DNA from: Sciscionella marina DSM 45152
GTDB lineage: Bacteria > Actinomycetota > Actinomycetes > Mycobacteriales > Pseudonocardiaceae
DNA: 24,000 bases
Assembly (NCBI RefSeq): GCF_000379465.1
Contig: NZ_KB905382.1
Span: 144,190-168,189, forward strand
Direction of reading: 5' to 3'
Shown here: positions 1 to 7,008 of the stretch, one piece after another
Layout: the number at the start of each line of letters is the position of its first letter
Numbering within the stretch: the first letter of the stretch is position 1
Position numbers and translations under genes: made by a program
Notes under the pieces: generated by a model
Databases searched by the model: none
What the model saw: only the letters and a program-made list of their open reading frames with translations
Told to the model about the DNA's origin: nothing

Positions 1-587
1 CCGTGGCTGACGAACGGCACCGGATCACCGGCGCTGCCGGGCAGACCGAATTCCGGGCCGGAGCTGCCGTTCCGGGCGTACGGGGCGAGGCGATCGGTGG
101 CGAGCACCCGCCAGTCGAGTTCGTGCTCCACACCGAGCGGGCTGCCCGGATCGGCGTGCGCGAGCAGCAGATCGCAGCCGCCGTGCAACAGCGAATCGTA
201 GGCGTCCAGGGTGTTCGCGGCGACCAGCACACAGTGCTCGCCCGGGGCGAACCGCTGCCACCAGCGCGGGAAGAAATGCGTGGCGAGCGTGTGCCCGCAA
301 CCGATGCGCACCGCGCGCTCCGGGGTGAGCTGGGCGCTGCGCACCTGATCGCGCACCCCGAACAACCCGGTCAGCGTATGGTTCGCCTGCACCCGCAGGT
401 CTTCGCCCGCCGCGGTCAGGGTGAGCGGATGCGTCGCGCGGTCGATCAGTTCGGTGCCGACCCATCGCTCGAGGCTGCGGATCCGGCGGCTGAACGCGGG
501 CTGGCTGAGCCGCTGTGCCTGCGCGGCGGCGGTGAACCCACCGTGTTCGATGAGCGCGAGAAAACTCTGCAACCAGGCGATGTCCAC
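1..587 (-). CDS. LysR-family transcriptional regulator, partial (C-terminal part lies beyond the left window edge; about 195 N-terminal codons present)
   Basis: Missing from the ORF track because it starts with GTG (585-587) and is open at the window edge. My minus-strand translation from 587 reads VDIAWLQSFLALIEHGGFTAAAQAQRLSQPAFSRRIRSLERWVG..., the canonical LysR N-terminal winged HTH. The 217-aa + ORF 3..656 is its in-phase antisense shadow (Arg/Gly/Ala-rich, no motifs). Confidence 0.85.
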   Translation of the reverse strand, partial: MDIAWLQSFLALIEHGGFTAAAQAQRLSQPAFSRRIRSLERWVGTELIDRATHPLTLTAAGEDLRVQANHTLTGLFGVRDQVRSAQLTPERAVRIGCGHTLATHFFPRWWQRFAPGEHCVLVAANTLDAYDSLLHGGCDLLLAHADPGSPLGVEHELDWRVLATDRLAPYARNGSSGPEFGLPGSAGDPVPFVSH

Positions 588-607
588 GCCGGGTACGGTA
601 CGTGCTC

Positions 608-1810
608 TCAGTCCCAGGCGACGGGCAGCTCGTGCACTCCGTGGATGAGCGCCTGATCGCGTACCGGGACCTGTTCCACGGGAACGGTGAGCCGCAGCTT
701 CGGGAAGCGGGCGGCGAGCACGGGAAACGCCGTCCGCAGGGTGACCCTGGCCAATTGCTGGCCGAGGCATTGGTGCAGCCCGTGCCCGAAGCTCAGCTGC
801 CCGCTGCCGTCCCGCCGCAGGTTCAGGGTGTCCGGATCGGGGTACCGCGCCGGATCGCGATTGGCGGCCTGCATGGACAGCACCACCGTCTCACCGGCCT
901 TGATCAGTTGCCCGCCGAGTTCCACATCCTCGAGTGCCGCGCGCGCCCCGGTCGGCAGGATGCTCAGATAGCGCAGCAGTTCCTCGACGGCCCGGTCGGC
1001 GATCTCCGGTTCGGTGCGCAGCAGGGCGAACTGCTCGGGGTGGCACAACAGTGCGAAGGTGCCGAGCCCGAGCATGTTCGCCGTGGTGTCCAGCCCCGCA
1101 CCGAGCAGTACGATGCCGATGTTCACCAGTTCCGCATCGCTGAGGTCGCTGTCGGCGAGCTGGGAGAGCATGTCCTCGCCCGGATCGGCGCGTTTGGCCA
1201 GGATCAGCTCGCGCAGTGCTTCCTCGAGCGCGCCCCAGGCCCCGGTCATCGCCTCTTCGTCCATCCCGGCGACCAGGGTCCGCGCGTGCCGCTGGAAACG
1301 CACCCGCTCGGTGGCCGGGATGTCGAGCAGTTCGCAGATCAGCAGCGCGGGCACCGGATTCGCGAACAACTCGACCAGATCGGCCGGGGATCCGTTGTGC
1401 TCGACCACATCGAGCTGTTCGGCGGCGATCTCCTCGATCCGCGTGGTGAGCGCGCGCATCCGGCGCACGGTGAACTGGCCGGTGAGCAGCGGACGGTAGC
1501 GGGTGTGTTCGGGCGGATCCATATCGGTGAACACGCCCGGTGGCGGTGGTGACGCTCGTAGCCCAGCGGTCTCCGGGAACGGCGAGGTCATCAGTTCGGG
1601 CCGGATGCTGAACCGGTTGTCCGCCAGGATCGCGCGAACCATCGCATGACTGGTGGCCAGCCAGCCGCGGGTGCCGTCCGGGTGCACGAACCGGCACAGC
1701 GGCCGTTCGGTGCACAGTCCGGCCAGGTCCGCGGGCGGGTCGAACGGGCGGCCAGGCGGGCGCGTCATCGGAAGTGTGCGCAGCTCATCTATGGCACCAA
1801 GATGGCACAT
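608..1810 (-). CDS. Cytochrome P450 monooxygenase
   Basis: 400-aa ORF. It carries the heme-thiolate loop FGHGLHQCLG, the K-helix ExxR (VEELLRY) and the I-helix AGLDTT. The N-terminus (PFDPP...WLATSHAMVRAILADNRFS) is typical of actinomycete CYPs. The alternative start ATG at 1768 (MTRPPGRPFDPP) is at least as plausible as 1810. Confidence 0.95.
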   Translation of the reverse strand: MCHLGAIDELRTLPMTRPPGRPFDPPADLAGLCTERPLCRFVHPDGTRGWLATSHAMVRAILADNRFSIRPELMTSPFPETAGLRASPPPPGVFTDMDPPEHTRYRPLLTGQFTVRRMRALTTRIEEIAAEQLDVVEHNGSPADLVELFANPVPALLICELLDIPATERVRFQRHARTLVAGMDEEAMTGAWGALEEALRELILAKRADPGEDMLSQLADSDLSDAELVNIGIVLLGAGLDTTANMLGLGTFALLCHPEQFALLRTEPEIADRAVEELLRYLSILPTGARAALEDVELGGQLIKAGETVVLSMQAANRDPARYPDPDTLNLRRDGSGQLSFGHGLHQCLGQQLARVTLRTAFPVLAARFPKLRLTVPVEQVPVRDQALIHGVHELPVAWD

Positions 1811-1851
1811 TTATGACGCCATTTCAAGATATAATGGCGTCATGATGGCAC
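1791..1851. promoter_or_regulatory. Candidate operator/promoter array upstream of the P450: 10-bp perfect inverted repeat ATGACGCCAT-N11-ATGGCGTCAT flanked by ATGGCAC direct repeats
   Basis: Read directly. Inverted-repeat (IR) arms are at 1813-1822 and 1834-1843, with the AT-rich spacer ttcaagatata. ATGGCAC occurs at 1791, 1802 and 1845, and ATGGCGT at 1834 and, on the minus strand, at 1822-1816. Same-strand spacings are 11, 32 and 11 bp. On the P450 strand the spacer reads TATCTT (TANNNT-type -10). Confidence 0.5.
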
Positions 1852-1952
1852 GGCCGGGCACGGGTGACCTGCTTCGAGACGGAGGAGAGAATCGTGATCC
1901 GCGGTAGACTGCGCGCGCCCGCGCGGGCACCGGGTGTGTCCGCGCGGAAGCT

Positions 1953-2822
1953 CTAGCCGGGCACGAAGGACTGCCAGGTGCGCCTGCGGTACGCGGTCGG
2001 GGAGAGGCCGTACGCGGTACCGAACCGGCGGGTGAAATAGGACTGGCTGGCGAACCCGCAGCGATACGCGATCTGGGTGACCGGTTCATCGGTGGAACCG
2101 AGCAGCTGCGCGGCCCGTTCCAGGCGCAGTCCGGTGATGAACTCGGTCGGCGTGGTGCCGTAGTGGGCGCGCATGGTGCGGGACAGGTGCGCTGGACTGA
2201 CCGCGGCGAGCCGGGCCATGAGCGGAACCCCGCCGCGCAGCTGGGGCTCCGCGTGCATCTGTTCGAGCACCCGCGCCAGCCAGGCCGGTGGCCGGGTGCC
2301 CGGCCGCGCGCCGGAGCCCGGTTGCTGCTGCAGCAGTTCCACCAGATCGGTCCAGAACCGCATCATGTCGAGCATGGTGGGGTGTGCGTGGAACCGTTCG
2401 AGCGCGCGCCCGAACACCTCACGCGCGCGCCGCACCGCGGACCCGGACAACCGCCACAATGGCGCCGCGGTGGCGTCCTCCCAGGTGCCGATGCGGGCGA
2501 TGTCCACGAAACCGTGCCAGGCCGCGGCGGGAAAGGCGATGTTCACGAACCGCATTCCCCGTGGGGCGAGGCCTTGCATGGCGTGCACGTCTCGCGGCCG
2601 CACGAAGGTCACATCCCCGGCCCGCAGTTGTTGCGCACCGGAGTCGAGGTGATGCAGACCGTTTCCCTCGATGATGCTCATGAACTCGAAGAAATCCGCG
2701 TGCCCGTGCGTTTCGGACACGCCCGCCGCGACCGGCTGGGTGACCAGATCGGCGTGATAGGGCTCGCCGACGGCGTGCTCGGCGAACCGCAGCAGCTTCG
2801 CAGTCATGTCAACAGAATGCAT
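1953..2822 (-). CDS. AraC-family transcriptional regulator (N-terminal cupin-like sensor + C-terminal dual HTH)
   Basis: 289-aa ORF. The C-terminus SPAHLSRTMRAHYGTTPTEFITGLRLERAAQLLGSTDEPVTQIAYRCGFASQSYFTRRFGTAYGLSPTAYRR is a textbook AraC HTH pair. The N-terminal half has a cupin-like pattern (HGHADFFEF...GDVTFVRPRDVH). Alternative start at 2807. Confidence 0.9.
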   Translation of the reverse strand: MHSVDMTAKLLRFAEHAVGEPYHADLVTQPVAAGVSETHGHADFFEFMSIIEGNGLHHLDSGAQQLRAGDVTFVRPRDVHAMQGLAPRGMRFVNIAFPAAAWHGFVDIARIGTWEDATAAPLWRLSGSAVRRAREVFGRALERFHAHPTMLDMMRFWTDLVELLQQQPGSGARPGTRPPAWLARVLEQMHAEPQLRGGVPLMARLAAVSPAHLSRTMRAHYGTTPTEFITGLRLERAAQLLGSTDEPVTQIAYRCGFASQSYFTRRFGTAYGLSPTAYRRRTWQSFVPG

Positions 2823-2903
2823 GGGCGCGCAACCCTGCTGCTATCCCGGACCGGTGCGCCGCCCCGATGATGGTCGGAAACCACCGGCTCGAGGAGGCAT
2901 GAC

Positions 2904-3689
2904 ATGACGGGATCGACCGCGGCGGAACACAGGGTACTCGAGGATTTCGACCGGGACGGGTACGTCATCTTCCGGGACGTGCTCGACGCCGAGCTGATCA
3001 AGGAAGTGCACGGGCACGTGGAATGGTTACAGCGCAAGCATCCCGAACTGCGGCCCGAACAGCTCGGCCACGAACTGCTCGCCGATGACCCGTTCTGGGT
3101 GCGCCTGGTTTCGGACGATCGGCTGCTGGACATCGCGGAGCTGTTCGTGGGCGGGGACATCGCACTGTTCGCCTCGCACTACATCCTCAAGCCCGCGTAC
3201 GCCGGGCAGGCAGTGCTCTGGCATCAGGACGGCGCATTCTGGCCGCTGGAACCGATGCGGGTGGTCACCCTGTGGCTCGCCGCCGATCACTCCACCCCGG
3301 AAAACGGTTGTGTGCGGGTGATTCCGGGCAGCCACAAGCAGGATTTCAGCGAGATGCGCGATTCCACCGGGGTGGACAACGTGCTCGGCAAGGAGATCGC
3401 GGTGGATGTGGACGAGTCCGAGGCGGTGGACATGGTGCTGAGCCCCGGGGATGTCGAGGTGCACCACCCGAACATCGTGCACGGCAGCGGGCCGAACACC
3501 TCGCCGAACCGGCGCTGCGGGCTGACCATCCGCTATATCCCCACTTCCACGCTGATCACCGAGGAGCAGCCCTATCCGAGCGCCTTCTGGCTGCGCGGCG
3601 ATCGGGGAACGGTCAACGAATACCAGCCGCAACCGCGGTACACCGAAGGGCGGCATTTTCCGTTCCGGGAGGCGCCTTCGTGGTCCTGA
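2904..3689 (+). CDS. Phytanoyl-CoA dioxygenase (PhyH) family Fe(II)/2-oxoglutarate-dependent oxygenase
   Basis: 261 aa. It has the HxD facial-triad element in LWHQDGAFW, the distal His in HHPNIVHGSGPN and an Arg for 2OG in NRRCGLTIRY. SD GAGGAGG (2891-2897) lies 6 nt upstream of the ATG. Confidence 0.85.
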   Translation: MTGSTAAEHRVLEDFDRDGYVIFRDVLDAELIKEVHGHVEWLQRKHPELRPEQLGHELLADDPFWVRLVSDDRLLDIAELFVGGDIALFASHYILKPAYAGQAVLWHQDGAFWPLEPMRVVTLWLAADHSTPENGCVRVIPGSHKQDFSEMRDSTGVDNVLGKEIAVDVDESEAVDMVLSPGDVEVHHPNIVHGSGPNTSPNRRCGLTIRYIPTSTLITEEQPYPSAFWLRGDRGTVNEYQPQPRYTEGRHFPFREAPSWS

Positions 3690-3745
3690 GGAGCACCGAG
3701 CAGTCCTGACATGGCCGTGATTCCAGCAATGGAGGTGGAATTCGG

Positions 3746-4987
3746 ATGGACCGGTTCCTGCGCGGGCTCTGCTGTGCCTTCGTGATCGTCCTGCTCGCCG
3801 GTTGCGCGAGCGGTGCCGGCCGGGAAGCGCTGCGGGTGTGGCTGCTCACCGCGAACAACGAGTCGATCGGCCACGGCTATGCGGCGCTGCTCGCGGATTT
3901 CCAGCGGCGGTTCCCCGGGGTTCGGGTGGAACTCGATCAGCTGCCGTATCAGGAGTACCAGGACAAGCTGGTGCTCGCGATGCAGGGTGGTACCGGCCCG
4001 GATGTGCTGGAGCTGGACCAGATCAACACCCCGCAGTTCGCCGCGGCGGGGCTGATCGAACCGGTCGGGCAATTCCTCGCGCACAGCCCGGAACTGGCCA
4101 GGAGGAACTACTTTCCCGGCGCCTGGGACTCGAATCGCTGGCACGGCCGGTTGTGGGGGCTCCCGTTCAACGCCGATGTCTGGGAGCGGCTGTTCTACAA
4201 CACCGCGCTGTTCCGCGCGGCCGGTCTCGATCCGGGAAGGCCACCGCGTACCTGGCCGCAGTGGCTGGACGCGGCCCGACGGATCGCCGCGCTGCCAGGG
4301 AAATCCGGTATCGGGCTGATCGGCTGCCGGGACGAGGCGAGCTCGGTGCTCACCGATTCGCTGCTGTACTCGGCGGGCGGGTCCGTGCTGCACGGCGACC
4401 GGGTGACCTTCGACAGCGAACCGGCCCGGCGCGCCTACCGGATGTTCGCCCGGCTCGCCGAGTACGCACCGGCCGGGCTCGCCGGGGCCTGCGATACCGA
4501 TTCGCTCGCCCAGTTCACCGCGGGACAGACGGGAATGGTGCTCGCCGGAGGCTGGCAGGAGGCCACGATCGGGAAATCGGCACGGTTTCCCTGGCGGGTG
4601 GCGCGCCCGCCAGGGCCCGAGGGCGGGCGGTTCGTCGGCGCGCTCGGCGGCTACAACCTGGCGATCAACGCGGCAAGCACGCAGCGGCGGAACGCGTTCG
4701 AATTCGCCAAGCTCGCCACCACCTCGGTGCGCCACCAGATCGCCTGCAACGACTCGGTTCCCGCGCTCCGCGAGGCGGGTAGCCGCTACGTGCGCGCGAG
4801 CCGCAGCGCCCCGGAGGACATGCTTTCCTTGCTGGCACAGGGAGAACCGCGCGCGGTGACCCCGGTGTACAGCAAGGTTTCGCGGGCGCAGCAGGACGCC
4901 GTGCAGTCCATTCTGGACGGTGAACCGGTCGGTTCCGCCGTGGCCACCGCCGCGGGGCAGATGCACGAAGCCATCGGGCGGCAGTGA
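3746..4987 (+). CDS. Carbohydrate (CUT1-type) ABC transporter substrate-binding lipoprotein
   Basis: 413 aa. Lipobox LLAGC after a hydrophobic N-terminus. Family-1 solute-binding pattern (YQEYQDKLVLAMQGGTGPDVLELDQ...). SD GGAGGTGG at 3731-3738. Confidence 0.9.
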   Translation: MDRFLRGLCCAFVIVLLAGCASGAGREALRVWLLTANNESIGHGYAALLADFQRRFPGVRVELDQLPYQEYQDKLVLAMQGGTGPDVLELDQINTPQFAAAGLIEPVGQFLAHSPELARRNYFPGAWDSNRWHGRLWGLPFNADVWERLFYNTALFRAAGLDPGRPPRTWPQWLDAARRIAALPGKSGIGLIGCRDEASSVLTDSLLYSAGGSVLHGDRVTFDSEPARRAYRMFARLAEYAPAGLAGACDTDSLAQFTAGQTGMVLAGGWQEATIGKSARFPWRVARPPGPEGGRFVGALGGYNLAINAASTQRRNAFEFAKLATTSVRHQIACNDSVPALREAGSRYVRASRSAPEDMLSLLAQGEPRAVTPVYSKVSRAQQDAVQSILDGEPVGSAVATAAGQMHEAIGRQ

Positions 4988-5871
4988 GGATGCGCACCCG
5001 TAAGGAAAGCCTCATCCGGTTCGCCTGCCTCGCCCCGCTGCTGATCCTGCTCGCCGTACTCATCGGTTACCCGGTGCTGGACGTGTTATGGCTGAGCACC
5101 ACGAAAAGCAGCCTGATCCATCCCGAGCCGGATTTCATCGGCCTCGGCAACTTCGCCGACGCGTTCACCGATTCCGCGCTGCTGACCGTGCTGCGCAATA
5201 CCCTGGTGTGGACGGTGCTGGTGGTGCTGCTGCAGTTCCTGCTCGGCCTGGGCTCGGCGATCCTGCTCAGCAAACGCATCCGCGGGGCCGCCGTGCTGCG
5301 GGTGCTGCTGGTGATTCCCTGGGTGATGCCGGGGATCACCGCGGGTCTGGTGTGGAAGATGCTCGAGGACCCGTATCTCGGTCCGGTCAACCAGGTGCTC
5401 AAGGCGCTCGGGCTGATCAGCGGCGAACCGGCCTGGCTCGGTGATCAGGGCACCGCGCTGTTCGGGGTGATCCTCGCGGCCGTGTGGAAGGGGTTCCCCA
5501 TGTCCGCGCTGATGTATCTGGCCGCCTATCGCACCGTTTCCGAGGAACTGCGCGATGCGGCGCGGGTGGACGGGGCGCGGCCGTGGCGGGTGTTCTGGCA
5601 TGTCACCCTGCCCGCGATGGCGCCGACCATCCGCACAACGGTGCTGCTCACCACGATCTGGACGTTCAACAGTTTCGACCTGATCTACGTGATGACCAAG
5701 GGCGGCCCCGGGGTGTCCAGCCAGGTGCTCTCCGGACACATCTACCGGACCGCGTTCCTGGACGTGGACCACGGGGCCGCCGCCGCGTACGGCGTGATCG
5801 CGGTGCTCGTGCTCGGCGTGTTCTCCGCGCTGTACCTGCGCCAGGTGCGCGCCGAAGGAGGATTGCGATGA
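4984..5871 (+). CDS. Sugar ABC transporter permease (MalF/UgpA-like)
   Basis: Multi-TM protein with the EAA loop AARVDGARPWRVFWHVTLP. GTG 4984 overlaps the upstream stop (GTGA). ATG 4990 is the alternative start. Confidence 0.9.
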   Translation: MRMRTRKESLIRFACLAPLLILLAVLIGYPVLDVLWLSTTKSSLIHPEPDFIGLGNFADAFTDSALLTVLRNTLVWTVLVVLLQFLLGLGSAILLSKRIRGAAVLRVLLVIPWVMPGITAGLVWKMLEDPYLGPVNQVLKALGLISGEPAWLGDQGTALFGVILAAVWKGFPMSALMYLAAYRTVSEELRDAARVDGARPWRVFWHVTLPAMAPTIRTTVLLTTIWTFNSFDLIYVMTKGGPGVSSQVLSGHIYRTAFLDVDHGAAAAYGVIAVLVLGVFSALYLRQVRAEGGLR

Positions 5872-6692
5872 GCGGGGTCGCCCGGAACACCGGGTTTTAC
5901 ATCGCCGGGCTCGCACTGGCCGTGTTCCTGATCGGTCCGTTCGCGTGGATGGTCCTCACCGCGGTGAAAACGCCGGACGAGGTGTTCCGCGATCCGCCCA
6001 CCTGGTGGCCGCACGCGCCCTCGGCGCGCAACTTCGCCGCGGTACTCGACGGGGATTTCGCCTCGTCTCTGTTGAACAGCGCGCTGGTCTGTGCCGGAAC
6101 CGCCGTCGTGTGCACCCTGCTCGCGCTGCTGGCCGGATATCCGCTCAGCAGGACGCGATTGCGCGGCGGGCCCCAGGTGCTCGGCGCCGCGCTCGTCTCC
6201 CAACTGGTGCCCCAGGCCGTGTTGCTGCTGCCGATCTACGAGCTCGCCCGCGACCTCGGGCTGCTGAACACCAGGCATGGCTTGGTGCTCGCGATGCTCG
6301 CGGTCAACCTGCCGGTCGCGGTCTGGCTGCTGCGCGGCTTCCTTGCCGGGGCACCGATCGAGGTGGAGGAGGCAGCCCAGCTCGACGGGCTGACCCAGGC
6401 GCGTGCCTACTGGCGGGTGACCGTGCCGCTCGCCCGCAACGGCGTGCTCTCCGTCGCGGTGTACGTGTTCTTCATGTCCTGGCAGGATTTCATCTTCTCG
6501 ATGATCTTCCTGACCGGTCCCGAGCAGCAGACCGCTCCGCTGTGGCTGCTCGGTTTCATCGGCCAGCATTCGGTGGACTGGGGACTGCTGATGGCCGCGT
6601 CGACGGTCATGATGGTCCCGGTGATCCTGTTGTTCGCCGTGGTGCAGCGGTCTTTCGTCGGTAACATGACCGGCGGCGCCACCAAGGGGTGA
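5868..6692 (+). CDS. Sugar ABC transporter permease (MalG/UgpE-like)
   Basis: The true start is ATG 5868, overlapping the upstream stop (ATGA). The protein begins MSGVARNTGFYIAGLALAVFLIGPFAWMVLTAVKTPDEV and has the EAA loop EAAQLDGLTQARAYWRVTVP. The 402-aa track ORF from 5484 is an out-of-context N-terminal extension. Confidence 0.9.
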   Translation: MSGVARNTGFYIAGLALAVFLIGPFAWMVLTAVKTPDEVFRDPPTWWPHAPSARNFAAVLDGDFASSLLNSALVCAGTAVVCTLLALLAGYPLSRTRLRGGPQVLGAALVSQLVPQAVLLLPIYELARDLGLLNTRHGLVLAMLAVNLPVAVWLLRGFLAGAPIEVEEAAQLDGLTQARAYWRVTVPLARNGVLSVAVYVFFMSWQDFIFSMIFLTGPEQQTAPLWLLGFIGQHSVDWGLLMAASTVMMVPVILLFAVVQRSFVGNMTGGATKG

Positions 6693-6960
6693 TGGCCGAG
6701 AGCGCCGTGAAAGCTTCGTGGGATCGCGGTTGAATCCTGTTGAGAGCGCGCAAAAGTAGGCTCGGCTCGATATTTCCGCACGAATGTGGAGGGTGTTCGA
6801 AAGCGAGCCGATCGACGAGCGTGTCCGCCCACACGCTGGAACCGGCATGCATCGCCAATACGCTGAGCAAGGCGCGCAGCCTGCGGCTCGGCAGGGCAAC
6901 CGGATCGTCGCCGATCCGGAGCTCGAACGGGCCGAGCGACAAGATTTCTATCCGAGACAT
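6607..6960 (-). pseudogene. Remnant of a SARP/AfsR-type (OmpR-like winged-helix) regulator; only the N-terminal DNA-binding part survives
   Basis: The N-terminus MSRIEILSLGPFELRIGDDPVALPSRRLRALLSVLAMHAGSSVWADTLVDRL...EHPPHS..N...LLLRALNR matches the SARP N-terminal pattern (LGPxxV..DG..V.L...R.LLA.L........D.L...LW...PP.SA.N.L...VSRLRR.L). No BTAD or later domains follow. Resemblance fades near 6710, and the ORF then runs antisense into the permease gene (6607-6692). SD GGAGG and the ATG are retained at 6960-6972. Local GC drops across 6700-6800. Confidence 0.45.
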
Positions 6961-7008
6961 CGACGTCCTCCCCAGACTATTGTTCCCCGGCCCCGAATGC
7001 CGTCGGCC

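Noticed and set aside
1830-1835. Perfect TATAAT hexamer on the + strand, which could suggest a + strand promoter or an unannotated small RNA.
   Set aside because: There is no acceptable -35 at 16-19 bp and no + strand gene downstream, since the next gene is the AraC 3' end on the minus strand. The hexamer lies in the AT-rich spacer of the P450-side dyad, which explains the composition.
1917-1948. GC-only palindromes GCCCGCGCGGGC (1917-1928) and TCCGCGCGGA (1939-1948) just past the AraC stop, considered as a terminator.
   Set aside because: As hairpins they would have 4-5 bp stems with 2-4 nt loops and no U tract. Short CG palindromes are frequent by composition in this genome, so there is not enough support for a terminator call.
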